Both the position numbers and the translations under genes were made by a program. DNA of 63,974 bases, counting the filler, from an uncultured bacterium (lineage in GTDB: Bacteria > CAYJRR01): NCBI GenBank assembly GCA_964372275.1. It is 5 parts of 5 records of this genome, joined end to end, with 100 filler letters (N's around TTAATTAATTAA, not from the genome) between each part and the next. Parts side by side here need not be neighbours in the genome. Positions count along the whole stretch, not along the records: positions 30,158 to 44,816 come from CAYJRR010000112.1; positions 44,917 to 59,518 come from CAYJRR010000113.1; 3 more parts are not named here. One strand, given 5' to 3'. The notes under the pieces were generated by a model. The model saw nothing but the letters and a program-made list of their open reading frames with translations. It ran no database searches and had not been told where the DNA came from. Below, piece after piece: positions 40,334 through 48,966 of the stretch; the stretch's first letter is position 1, and each line of letters begins with the position of its first letter.

Positions 40334-41338
40334 CTACTCGACGCCGAGGTCGATCCAGCCGCTGCAGCAGAGCAGGTCGCGGTCGGCGGCCTCCCCCCAA
40401 TCGCCGACCACCTCCCACGACTCGCCGAGGTCGGCCGAGCGCAGAACCGGCCCCTTCACGCTGACCGCGACGACGAGTTCGTCGCGCAGCGCCGCCAGCC
40501 CCGCGATCCCGCGCGGATCGATCCAGGCGCCGCCGGCGCTCCAGTCCCCGCCGCCGTCGAGCGAACGGAGGAAGGTCGTTTCCGGCGTGCCGACGGCGAC
40601 GAGGAGGCCGCTGTCGGGCAGTCGTTCGATCAACGCCACCGCCCCCGTCGGCGTCGGCTGGATGGAGCCGGCGAGCGCGAGCGCCGACGGCTGGCCGGTG
40701 TAGACCTGCCCGCCGAGGTACGGCGGATGGCTGACGTAGATCGTCCCCGCGCCGTCCGCCGCCAGTCCGGTCATCATCCCGGTCTCCATCGGCCAGGTCC
40801 CGAGCAGCTTCCAGGTGAGGGCGCCGTCGACGCTGCCGTAGACCCGCCCGGGCCGGCCGTAATGCGTCGAGGTGGCGATCAGCTCGCCCTCGGCGCCGGG
40901 GGCGAGCTGGACGAAGTTCGCCGGTCCCCCCGTCGTCCCGTCGCTGCCCCACGGCGCCGCCGGCCGCGGCGACCAGCTTTGCCCCCGGTCGGCGGAGACG
41001 ATCACCGTCCCCAACGTGGTGGTGGCGACGTATTCGCCCCCCGCGCGAACGGCGAACGAGACGATCGCCGGCGCGTCGAGCGGGACCGTTCCGACCTCGA
41101 ACCACGCCGCGCCGCCGTCGTCGGAGGCGTAGAGATGGGCGTCGTATCCGTCGAGGAGGACCAGCCGCGGCGTTCCGGCAGGCTGCGGCGGCGTCGGGCT
41201 GCCGGGGTCGGTCGGATGGCCGATCGGGGTGGGAATCGGCGGAGGCGCGTTCGGCTCGTCGGTGGTCGTCACCGCGCCGCAACCGGCGAGCGCCAACGCC
41301 GCGCCCCACGCGATCGATCGTTGTGAACGATGGCTCAT
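40334..41338 (-). CDS. BNR/Asp-box beta-propeller lipoprotein
   Basis: LAGC lipobox; repeated S.D.G..W boxes. Confidence 0.8.
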   Translation of the reverse strand: MSHRSQRSIAWGAALALAGCGAVTTTDEPNAPPPIPTPIGHPTDPGSPTPPQPAGTPRLVLLDGYDAHLYASDDGGAAWFEVGTVPLDAPAIVSFAVRAGGEYVATTTLGTVIVSADRGQSWSPRPAAPWGSDGTTGGPANFVQLAPGAEGELIATSTHYGRPGRVYGSVDGALTWKLLGTWPMETGMMTGLAADGAGTIYVSHPPYLGGQVYTGQPSALALAGSIQPTPTGAVALIERLPDSGLLVAVGTPETTFLRSLDGGGDWSAGGAWIDPRGIAGLAALRDELVVAVSVKGPVLRSADLGESWEVVGDWGEAADRDLLCCSGWIDLGVE

Positions 41339-41352
41339 GCGGCGCCGGCGGG

Positions 41353-41368
41353 AGCAAGCTCCGTTCCG
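41353..41368 (-). promoter_or_regulatory. sigma-54 promoter candidate CGGAACGGAGCTTGCT
   Basis: GG-N10-GC upstream of the 41338 ATG. Confidence 0.4.
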
Positions 41369-41400
41369 ATCCGCCGGCCGTGCCTCCGCCCGCCGGAAAA

Positions 41401-41414
41401 TGAATTTGAATTCA
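41401..41414. promoter_or_regulatory. palindrome TGAATT-TG-AATTCA
   Basis: perfect AT-rich inverted repeat in a divergent intergenic region. Confidence 0.45.
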
Positions 41415-41576
41415 CGGAGATGGTGCCGGCGCGCGCGCCCGCCACGGGCGGGAAGAGGGGTGCGACCGGGAGGACACACACGTCCCACTGGGGCGCCCGT
41501 TGATCAGCCGGCTCCCGGCGGTCGATCGGGAGAAAATTCCTCCGCCGCCCGACGGGCGCTACAGTCCGCCGTCCCG

Positions 41577-43100
41577 ATGGGCACCCCCGAACGATCGGCG
41601 CGCGCGCTGCGGCAGCTTCCGGTCGACCGCTGGCCGACGCGGGAAGAGGCCGCGCGGTCGCGCTGGTTCTCGCCGATTCGGATCGGCTCGATCGAGCTCG
41701 CCGAGCGGACCTGGGTCCCGGCGATGGTTCCGTGGCGCGCCACCGAGGACGGCTTCGTCACGCCGGAGGTCCTCGCCTGGTACGAGCGCTTCGCCGTGGG
41801 CCAGCCCGGCGCGCTGGTGCTGGAGGCGACCGGGATCCGCGATGTCGCCAGCGGCCCTCTGCTGCGCATCGGCCACGACCGCTACGTGCCGGGGCTCCGC
41901 CACCTGGTCGAGACGGTCCGCCGCGCAAGCGCCGGGCGGACGCGGATCTTCATCCAGGTGATCGACTTCCTCACCGTGCGGCGCCGGCCGACGAAGGAGA
42001 AGTTCTTCGGAAAACACCTCGTCGTCACCGACGAGTTGCGCGCCCGCGCCGCGGAGGTGCTGGGCGACGCCGGCCTGCGTGCTGCCGAGGGCGACGCGGA
42101 TGCCGCCTCGGGCGCCGCCGCCGACGCGCGGTTGCGCGCACGGCTCGCCGCCGCTGCCGAGGCGGAGGTGGAGCGGATCCTCCCCCCGCGCGACCTCGAG
42201 TCCTATCGCTTCGGCTACCGCGAGCGCGTCACCGACACCCACCTGCCGCACGTCCGCGATCTGCCGTGCGTGCTCCCCGGTCTGTTCGCCGATGCCGCCG
42301 CCCGCGCGGCCGAGGCCGGCTTCGACGGCGTCGAGCTGCACTTCGCCCACGCCTACACGATGTCGTCGTTCCTCTCGCGCACCAACACCCGCGACGACGG
42401 CTACGGCGGCACGCTCGAGAACCGCGCCCGCCTTCCGCTGGAGGCGATCGACGCCGTCCGCGCGCGCGTCGGCCGGTCGTTCGTCGTCGGCTGCCGTTTC
42501 CTCGGCGACGAAGTGATCGACGGAGGGAGCCGGATCGAAGACGCCGTCCACTTCGCGCTCGCCTTCGCCAACGCCGGGCTCGACTTCCTCTCGGTCTCGA
42601 AAGGGGGGAAGTTCGACGACGCCAAACAGCCCCGACTCGGCGAGGCGGTCTACCCCTACACCGGCCCCAGCGGCCACGAGTGCATGCCGACCGTCTGGAT
42701 CGACGAACGGGGGCCCTTCGGCCGCAACGTGCCGCTCGCCGCCGCGATCAAGCGCGCCGTCAACGCCGCCGGTTTCACGACGCCGGTCGTCACCTCCGGC
42801 GGGATCGCCAGCTTCGAACAGGCCGAGTCGATCCTCGCCCGCGGCGAGGCCGACGTCGTCGCCGCCGCCCGCCAGTCGCTCGCCGACCCCGACTGGTTCC
42901 GCAAGATCCGTCTCGGCCGCGGGTCGGAGGTGCGCCGCTGCCTCTTCACCAACTACTGCGAAAGCCTCGACCAGCGCCACCGCGAGGTGACCTGCCAGCT
43001 CTGGGACCGCGACCTCGCCCCGCCCCCTCCCGCAGGCCCCCCCGTGCCGAAGGCCAAGGACGGCAAGCGCCGCCTCGTCGCCCCGCCGTGGCCCGAGTAG
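41577..43100 (+). CDS. NADH:flavin oxidoreductase (Old Yellow Enzyme family)
   Basis: PAMV, AGFDGVELHFAHAY, NTRDDGYGG.LENR, RQSLADPDW, C-terminal Cys motif. Confidence 0.9.
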   Translation: MGTPERSARALRQLPVDRWPTREEAARSRWFSPIRIGSIELAERTWVPAMVPWRATEDGFVTPEVLAWYERFAVGQPGALVLEATGIRDVASGPLLRIGHDRYVPGLRHLVETVRRASAGRTRIFIQVIDFLTVRRRPTKEKFFGKHLVVTDELRARAAEVLGDAGLRAAEGDADAASGAAADARLRARLAAAAEAEVERILPPRDLESYRFGYRERVTDTHLPHVRDLPCVLPGLFADAAARAAEAGFDGVELHFAHAYTMSSFLSRTNTRDDGYGGTLENRARLPLEAIDAVRARVGRSFVVGCRFLGDEVIDGGSRIEDAVHFALAFANAGLDFLSVSKGGKFDDAKQPRLGEAVYPYTGPSGHECMPTVWIDERGPFGRNVPLAAAIKRAVNAAGFTTPVVTSGGIASFEQAESILARGEADVVAAARQSLADPDWFRKIRLGRGSEVRRCLFTNYCESLDQRHREVTCQLWDRDLAPPPPAGPPVPKAKDGKRRLVAPPWPE

Positions 43101-43109
43101 CGGCGCGGG

Positions 43110-43427
43110 CTACGGCTTCGGCAGGACCAGGCGCTCGACCGGGCGGCCGCCGAGGAGGTGTTGCTCGACGATCTCGGGGACGTCGTCGGGGGTGACGCGG
43201 GCGTACCAGACGTTGTCGGGATAGACGACGACCGAGCAGCCCGTCTCACAGCTGTCGAGGCACCCGGACATGTTGGTGCGCATCCGCCCCTTCAACCCCC
43301 GCGCCTCCATCTCCGCCTTGAAGCGCTCGCGCACCTGCTTGCCGCCCTTCTTGGTGCAGTCGCCGCGCGGGTGTCCGTCGGGGCGCTCGTTGTTGCAGAC
43401 GAAGACGTGCTTTTCGAAGTAGGGCAT
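43110..43427 (-). CDS. thioredoxin-like [2Fe-2S] ferredoxin
   Basis: HVFVC...C...GCLDSC...VVYPDNVWY. Confidence 0.92.
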   Translation of the reverse strand: MPYFEKHVFVCNNERPDGHPRGDCTKKGGKQVRERFKAEMEARGLKGRMRTNMSGCLDSCETGCSVVVYPDNVWYARVTPDDVPEIVEQHLLGGRPVERLVLPKP

Positions 43428-43511
43428 GGCGCCGACACACTCGCGCGCCACGCCGCGCGGGTCAAGCGTCGCCGGCCGCGACCGTCCGCGGGCTCCGGCT
43501 CGCCCGCCTCG

Positions 43512-44099
43512 TCACCTCCGTTTCGGGGCACGACGTCGACGGGCCGCGGGCGCCGGCGGTGAAAGACGGAAGCGGCCGCTCGCCCGCGCCACCGTGGGCG
43601 GATCGAACCGGTCGGCGCGGGCCGGTCGCACGGGACGGGCGCGGCGCTCCGGCTCCGACATCGGCTGGAACTCGATCGTCAGCTTCACCCCGAGCGCGCG
43701 CGCGACCTTCACCAGCGTGTCGACGGTGACGTTGCGATCCGGATGCTCGATCTTGGCGATCATCTGCTGGCTCACCTTCGCGCGCTTCGCCACCTCGAGC
43801 TGGGTCAGACCGGCGTCCGCCCGTGCCCAGCGGAGCGAGAGCTTGGCGCTCAGATGCGGTGGAACGTCGACCCACAGAATCCGGCCGCGTGGTTTTCGGT
43901 GGGGAGGGCGGGGAGGTAGTTCCCCATCTTGCAAGTGGCACTCCAGCCAGCCCGCAAGGGCGTCCGTCGCCATGTAGACGATGTCCTGCTCGCCGGGCCC
44001 GGCCTTGGTCTCTGCGAAGGTCTGGCAGCCTGGACAGTACGGATAGAAATCCGCGAGCGTGTAGGGACCCTCTGTTGCGAGCTTCGCCGGATATCGCAC
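43512..44099 (-). CDS. hicB: HicB antitoxin with XRE-type HTH
   Basis: CPGCQTF, DALAGWL, GLTQ.EVA...SQQMIAKIE; AGGAG RBS before GTG. Confidence 0.88.
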   Translation of the reverse strand: MRYPAKLATEGPYTLADFYPYCPGCQTFAETKAGPGEQDIVYMATDALAGWLECHLQDGELPPRPPHRKPRGRILWVDVPPHLSAKLSLRWARADAGLTQLEVAKRAKVSQQMIAKIEHPDRNVTVDTLVKVARALGVKLTIEFQPMSEPERRARPVRPARADRFDPPTVARASGRFRLSPPAPAARRRRAPKRR

Positions 44100-44107
44100 G
44101 GACTCTC

Positions 44108-44296
44108 CTACCGGATTCTCAGACCCGCCTGCTTCTCGATTCGCCGAAGCGTTCCGATCGGATCGTCCTTCTTCGGGTGCGGAACGGTCACCTTTCCAAG
44201 TTTTCGTGGATGCCGAAATTGATGGTGCGAACCCTCCACGTTGACCAGGTACCAACCGTCGTTGAGAAGTGCCTCGATCACCTCCCGCGAGCTCAT
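44108..44296 (-). CDS. hicA: HicA toxin
   Basis: DGW...GSHHQFRHP...VTVPHPKKD..GTL. Confidence 0.93.
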   Translation of the reverse strand: MSSREVIEALLNDGWYLVNVEGSHHQFRHPRKLGKVTVPHPKKDDPIGTLRRIEKQAGLRIR

Positions 44297-44302
44297 TCGA
44301 GC

Positions 44303-44322
44303 ATACACCCAAAAGGTTGTAT
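44303..44322. promoter_or_regulatory. hicAB promoter/operator (ATACACCC-AAAA-GGTTGTAT)
   Basis: imperfect palindrome overlapping TTGCGA/TATGCT hexamers on the minus strand. Confidence 0.55.
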
Positions 44323-44599
44323 CGCAAGCCGGCCGGCCACGGGCCTCCGGCGGAGCACGCGGCGCGCCAGAGGGTGGGTCGGCGAAGGGGCCGTGCCGGA
44401 AATCGGCGATCCCGCCGCGGTCGCACGAGACCGCTACCCGAAGGGCTTCGTCCGTTCGCCCCGCCGTGACGGGCGGTAGGTCGTTTCGAGTCCCGGAACC
44501 CGAACGGCGACTGCCGCCGGCGGGCGGCGGCCGCGGGGCGGGGCGCGCGGTCGACACCCGCGGTCGTTCAACAAGCCGCCGCGGCGGCGGAATCGGCCA

Positions 44600-44690
44600 A
44601 TTCGTAACAAGTTGACACACTCATTATCTGCCCATTAATACTTGGAAAATTTTCCTTTGTTGGGTCCGAAGTTACAAAAATTGCGACAGT
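44600..44690 (+). promoter_or_regulatory. AT-rich promoter-like region with TTGACA and GGAAAATTTTCC palindrome
   Basis: TTGACA at 44612; palindrome at 44644-44655; downstream gene lost at contig end. Confidence 0.5.
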
Positions 44691-44816
44691 CTGAACCTTC
44701 CCCTTTACCGGGCTCTGTGACGGGAGGCACAATGGTCGATGCCCCTCCAGCATTTTGGGGGTGGGGGGACGAGTCTCTTTTGGGGCTCGGGGTCTTTCGT
44801 GCGGTCGGGGGGAGAG

Positions 44817-44916
44817 NNNNNNNNNNNNNNNNNNNNNNNNNNNNNNNNNNNNNNNNNNNNTTAATTAATTAANNNNNNNNNNNNNNNNNNNNNNNNNNNN
44901 NNNNNNNNNNNNNNNN
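44817..44916. other. artificial contig linker
   Basis: N-run with TTAATTAATTAA. Confidence 0.98.
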
Positions 44917-45628
44917 GGCGCGCTCCCGGGAAGACGACCAATCGGCTTCCGGGAACACGCTCGTGGAGGAAGCGGGCGTACTTCGGCGGCGTCAGCGGAT
45001 CGTCCGCGCCGACCAGCACCGCCGTCGGGGCGCGGATCGCGCCGACCGTCTCCATCCGGTCGAAGTCGTCGGCCATCCGCCAATCGGCGAGCTGCGTCTC
45101 GGCCGGCGTCGCGCGCCGCGCCGGATCGGGCTCGACCCAGGCGTCCAGCTCCGGTGGACGGCGCTGCGCGGCGGCGTGCTCGAGCGCGCGAAGGATCTCC
45201 GGACGCACGCGGAGGCGCGCGCCGGTGGAGATCAGCGCCACCCCTTCGATCACGGGGATCGCCTCCCCACGCGCGTGGGCCAGCGCCATCTCGATCGCGA
45301 TGGCCCCTCCGACGGAGTGCCCCGCGATCACCGCGCGGCGCACCTCCAGGGCCCGAAGCAGGGCCCGCACCCACGTCGCGGCGGCGGCGGCGGAACCGGG
45401 GTGCGGCCCTTCGGAGCGGCCGGTCCCGGGCAGCGCGGGGACGATCACCTCGCGCCCTTCGAGGAACGGCGTCACCGGATCGAAGGAGCGCTCGTTCCCT
45501 CCCGCCGAGTGCAGCAGCACCAGCGCCGGGCCCCGGCCCGCCAGCCGTCGCACGGTGGCCGCACGGCCGTCCACGCGAGCCTGGAGTACGGCACCTCCGA
45601 CCCGGTCCTCCCCCGGCGCGCGCGTCAC
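44917..45628 (-). CDS. alpha/beta hydrolase (3' truncated)
   Basis: LVLLHSAGG, GHSVGG nucleophile elbow, GADDPLTP. Confidence 0.88.
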
Positions 45629-46479
45629 GGCGGCGGCGTCCGGCTGCAGAGGGCGAGCCGCTGGAAGCGGAACTTGCGGGCCCGCTCGTAGGTGCCGGTC
45701 AGCTCCAGCGCCAGCTCGTCGAACGAGCGGGTGTGAATCCAACGAAATCCTTCGTCGTGAATCATCGGCACCACGTCGTCGGTGCCGAAGCGGATCGGCT
45801 CGACCAGGCCGTCGAGCAGCGCGCGGACCGCGAGATCGTCGGCGTCGGTGACCCGCCCCTCGGCCATCGCCCGGCCGATGTAGTCGAAGACCAGGACCGA
45901 CCGGGGGTGGCATCGGGCCGCGATCGCCGCCATCGTGGTGCGTACCGCCGCCTCTTCGAGGTAGAGGACGACCCCCTCCCAGAGAAAGATCGCCGGGCGG
46001 TCGGGGGAGAAGCCGGCGCCGGCGAGCTTGTCGAGGAACCGCTCCCGTTCGAAGTCACACGGCACGTAGGTTGCGGCGTCGAGCGGGTAGTCGCCGAGAT
46101 CGCGGAGCCGCCGGAGCTTGTCGGCTTGCGTCTCGGGATGATCGACCTCGAACCATCGCGTATCCGCGCCGGCGCCGCCCGCGCGCCGGCCGATCCGCTC
46201 GGCACGGGTGTCGAACCCGGCGCCGAGCAGCACCACCTGGCGGAAGCCGTTCGGGGCGGCGAGGAAGCGGCGTGTTTCGCGGTCGATCGCCGCGGTCCGG
46301 ACGGAGAGCCAAAGCTCCGCCGGCGCCCAGGCGCGATCGTGACGGCGCGCGTACTCCTGCCCCTCCTCTCCCGCGAGCCGCGCCGCCCACGGATCGTCGC
46401 AAATCCGGTCCGCACGCGCCGACGCCCGCGCCCGATAGGCCGCCACCATCAGCGCCGTGCGACTGGGTGCATGTTCCAT
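45625..46479 (-). CDS. SAM-dependent methyltransferase (LCM/TIGR00027-like)
   Basis: SRTAL.VA..RA, DPWA, QVVLLGAGFDTR, FEVDHP, WEGV..YL. Confidence 0.9.
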   Translation of the reverse strand: MEHAPSRTALMVAAYRARASARADRICDDPWAARLAGEEGQEYARRHDRAWAPAELWLSVRTAAIDRETRRFLAAPNGFRQVVLLGAGFDTRAERIGRRAGGAGADTRWFEVDHPETQADKLRRLRDLGDYPLDAATYVPCDFERERFLDKLAGAGFSPDRPAIFLWEGVVLYLEEAAVRTTMAAIAARCHPRSVLVFDYIGRAMAEGRVTDADDLAVRALLDGLVEPIRFGTDDVVPMIHDEGFRWIHTRSFDELALELTGTYERARKFRFQRLALCSRTPPP

Positions 46480-46657
46480 CGTTCGGAGTCTATCGCCCTG
46501 CCGAGCAAATTCACACGAGGGACGATCCACCGGATCGGGCATCGATGGGCCACGGTGGGACCCGCCCGCCCCGTCGCGCCTCCCGTCCGTCCGGCCCGCG
46601 CGGCGGGATTCCATTGTGCCGGCCATGCCCTGCGACGCCCGGACGGCCGCACCGCCG

Positions 46658-46673
46658 TGGCACGCGCGTTGCT
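46658..46673 (+). promoter_or_regulatory. sigma-54 promoter TGGCACGCGCGTTGCT
   Basis: exact TGGCAC-N5-TTGC consensus; GGAGG RBS and ATG at 46702 downstream. Confidence 0.75.
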
Positions 46674-46701
46674 GAACGCGCGCTCGCCGGAGGTCGATCC
46701 C

Positions 46702-47205
46702 ATGTCCGCTCGCGCCGGGGCGTTCGCCCGCGTCCTCGTTGCCGTCGTCCTGTCCTCGTCCGCCGCGACGGCCGTCGCCGCCGACGGAGCCTGCGACTAT
46801 CCCGACGCGCCGGCGACCTGGACCCGGCCCTTCACCGAAGCGTGGCGCTGGATCACGCGCGCCGACCCCCCCTCCCGCCCGGTCGCGCAGCTGCCGGCGG
46901 CCCGGGCCGCCCGCCCCCCCGCCACCGCCGTCGGCGTGCCGTTCACGGCCGACGGAACGCCCGGCTTCCGCGGTGTTCGCCTCGTGGCGCGCGGACGCTC
47001 GCACCGCATCTCGGTCTACGGAACCAACGCCCTGAGCGCCGCCCTCTGCGAGCCGCACCGCGAGCGTTTTCCGTACACCTACGAAGCGGCGGAGTCGACG
47101 CTGCCGTGGGACACGGTCGTCACCTTCCGGGGCGGACTCACCGCGATGCGAACCGACGGTGGCGCCTACGTCCGCTCGGTCTCTTGCCTCCGGGAGCCGT
47201 ACTAG
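46702..47205 (+). CDS. hypothetical secreted protein
   Basis: signal peptide, RBS, sigma-54 promoter. Confidence 0.7.
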   Translation: MSARAGAFARVLVAVVLSSSAATAVAADGACDYPDAPATWTRPFTEAWRWITRADPPSRPVAQLPAARAARPPATAVGVPFTADGTPGFRGVRLVARGRSHRISVYGTNALSAALCEPHRERFPYTYEAAESTLPWDTVVTFRGGLTAMRTDGGAYVRSVSCLREPY

Positions 47206-47221
47206 TAGTCTTCGGTCGCCG

Positions 47222-47776
47222 ATGAGCCTGCTACGGGAGATCCTCGCGCACAACGCACGGTGGGTCGAGGAGCGCAATCGCCCTCTCACCAAGGTACCGA
47301 GCAAGGGGATCGCCGTCTTCACCTGCATGGACACGCGGCTCGTCGATTTCCTCGAGCCGGCGCTGGGGATCGGGCGCGGCGACGCGAAGGTGATCAAGAA
47401 CGCGGGGAACACGCTCGTCGATCCCGGAGGCGGCGTCGTGCGCAGCCTGGTCGCCGCCATCTACGCGCTCGGGTGCGGCGAGGTCTTCGTCATCGGCCAC
47501 CGCGACTGCGGAATGGCGCAGATCGACGAGGGTCGCCTGCGCGCGACGATGCTCGAGCGCGGCGTCCCTGCGGAGGCGATCGACCGCCTCCGGCCCACCC
47601 TGAGGGAATGGATCGGCGGCTTCCACGATCCGATCGGAAACGTCGAGCGGGTGGTGCGCCTGCTGCGCGAAAATCCGCTCATCCCGCGCGGCATCCCGAT
47701 CCACGGACTGATGTTCGATCCGGCGAGCGGGCGGCTCGACCTGCTCGTCGACGGCTCGCGTCAATCCGAACCGTAG
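47222..47776 (+). CDS. beta-class carbonic anhydrase
   Basis: CMDTR, KNAG, HRDCG zinc ligands. Confidence 0.92.
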   Translation: MSLLREILAHNARWVEERNRPLTKVPSKGIAVFTCMDTRLVDFLEPALGIGRGDAKVIKNAGNTLVDPGGGVVRSLVAAIYALGCGEVFVIGHRDCGMAQIDEGRLRATMLERGVPAEAIDRLRPTLREWIGGFHDPIGNVERVVRLLRENPLIPRGIPIHGLMFDPASGRLDLLVDGSRQSEP

Positions 47777-48966
47777 AGCCGTTCGCGCAGCCAACGCGCC
47801 CGCGCGCGGAGGTAACCGAGCGGCTGGCGTGGCGGCGGATCGTCGGCCTCGATGCTCAAGTTCCGGTCGTCGGCCGCCGCTTCGGCGATCTGCGGCCACC
47901 AGCGGTCGACGCGCTCCTGGAACCAGGCCGGATCGTAGGCGGCGAGCATCTCGTCGAGCGCCGCGCGGTACCGGCGCTGCCAGCCGCCGTCGGCCAGCAC
48001 CACCGTCGCCGGATGCTGCCGGACCGGCTCCACCGGATCGAAGACGACCCAGGCGTCCCGGTAGGGAAGAGCCTTGTCCAGGTCGCGCGGGATGAAGAGG
48101 AAGCCGCGACCCGGATGTTCGTAGAGGTAGAAGTTCCATCCGTCGATCCAGAAGTTGTCGGTGGCCGGCAGGATCGCCTCGAACGCCCACTCGCGGATCG
48201 CCTCGTCGAGGTCGATCACCTCGTCGAGCGACGCCAGGTCGGTGGCCTCGTGAAACGTCTCGAGCGTCGTCCGGTCGACCTCTTCGTCCTCGTTGGTCTT
48301 CAAGTCTCGCGCCGTCTTCCACAGGTTCCCGTCGTCGCCGTCGGGACCGAACTGCCGCCGGAGGAACTCCTTGTTGACCGCCTCCAGATTAACGTAGACC
48401 CCCTCGTACTCGCCGTTGACGTAGAGCCGGGCGTGGTTCGCGCACTGCGCCGGCAGTCCGAGGTCGCGGGCGAACTCGAGCGACAGGCGCTCGTCGAGGA
48501 GTCCGCAGCCGCCGTGATCGAGGTTGATGCGCCGCAGTCCACGGAACCTCGCCTCGCGGTCGACGTGGTTGAAGGCGATGGCGAGCTGCAGCTTGTCGCC
48601 GCACTGGCTGATGTTCCCGCGGTTCCGCACCTCGACCCGGTGCTCCTCCGCTTCGTGGCGGAAGAGGGCCGGGTGCCACTCCTCGATATCGCGCGTCGCC
48701 TCGGCGCGAAGCTTCGCGAGCTCGTCGTCCTCCATCGAGATCTCGAAGGTGGGGAAGACGTCCTCGGAGTAGAGGTCCGGGCACGGGAGGGGATAGGTCG
48801 GCTCCGGCGTCTCGGTCGGCGCCGGGGTCGGGGGCTGGGTGGCGATCGCCCCCAACTCCGGCCGGTCCGGGAGGACCATCGACGGCGAAACCTCCACCAG
48901 GCTCGACGAATCGCAGGCCGCAACGACGGCGAGCGCCACGAGTGTGATCGTACGATCGACCTTCAC
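47761..48966 (-). CDS. CotH kinase family lipoprotein
   Basis: VAAC lipobox; RGN.S, LYVNGEY.GVY..LE, DNF...WNFYLY, PRDLD. Confidence 0.85.
   Translation of the reverse strand: MKVDRTITLVALAVVAACDSSSLVEVSPSMVLPDRPELGAIATQPPTPAPTETPEPTYPLPCPDLYSEDVFPTFEISMEDDELAKLRAEATRDIEEWHPALFRHEAEEHRVEVRNRGNISQCGDKLQLAIAFNHVDREARFRGLRRINLDHGGCGLLDERLSLEFARDLGLPAQCANHARLYVNGEYEGVYVNLEAVNKEFLRRQFGPDGDDGNLWKTARDLKTNEDEEVDRTTLETFHEATDLASLDEVIDLDEAIREWAFEAILPATDNFWIDGWNFYLYEHPGRGFLFIPRDLDKALPYRDAWVVFDPVEPVRQHPATVVLADGGWQRRYRAALDEMLAAYDPAWFQERVDRWWPQIAEAAADDRNLSIEADDPPPRQPLGYLRARARWLRERLYGSD

Noticed and set aside
43512-44296. TA modules as evidence of a prophage or ICE
   Set aside because: No integrase, transposase, phage or conjugation genes in the window.
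44340-44590. Riboswitch or tRNA in the GC-rich region upstream of hicA
   Set aside because: No conserved motif recognised; would need an Infernal scan.
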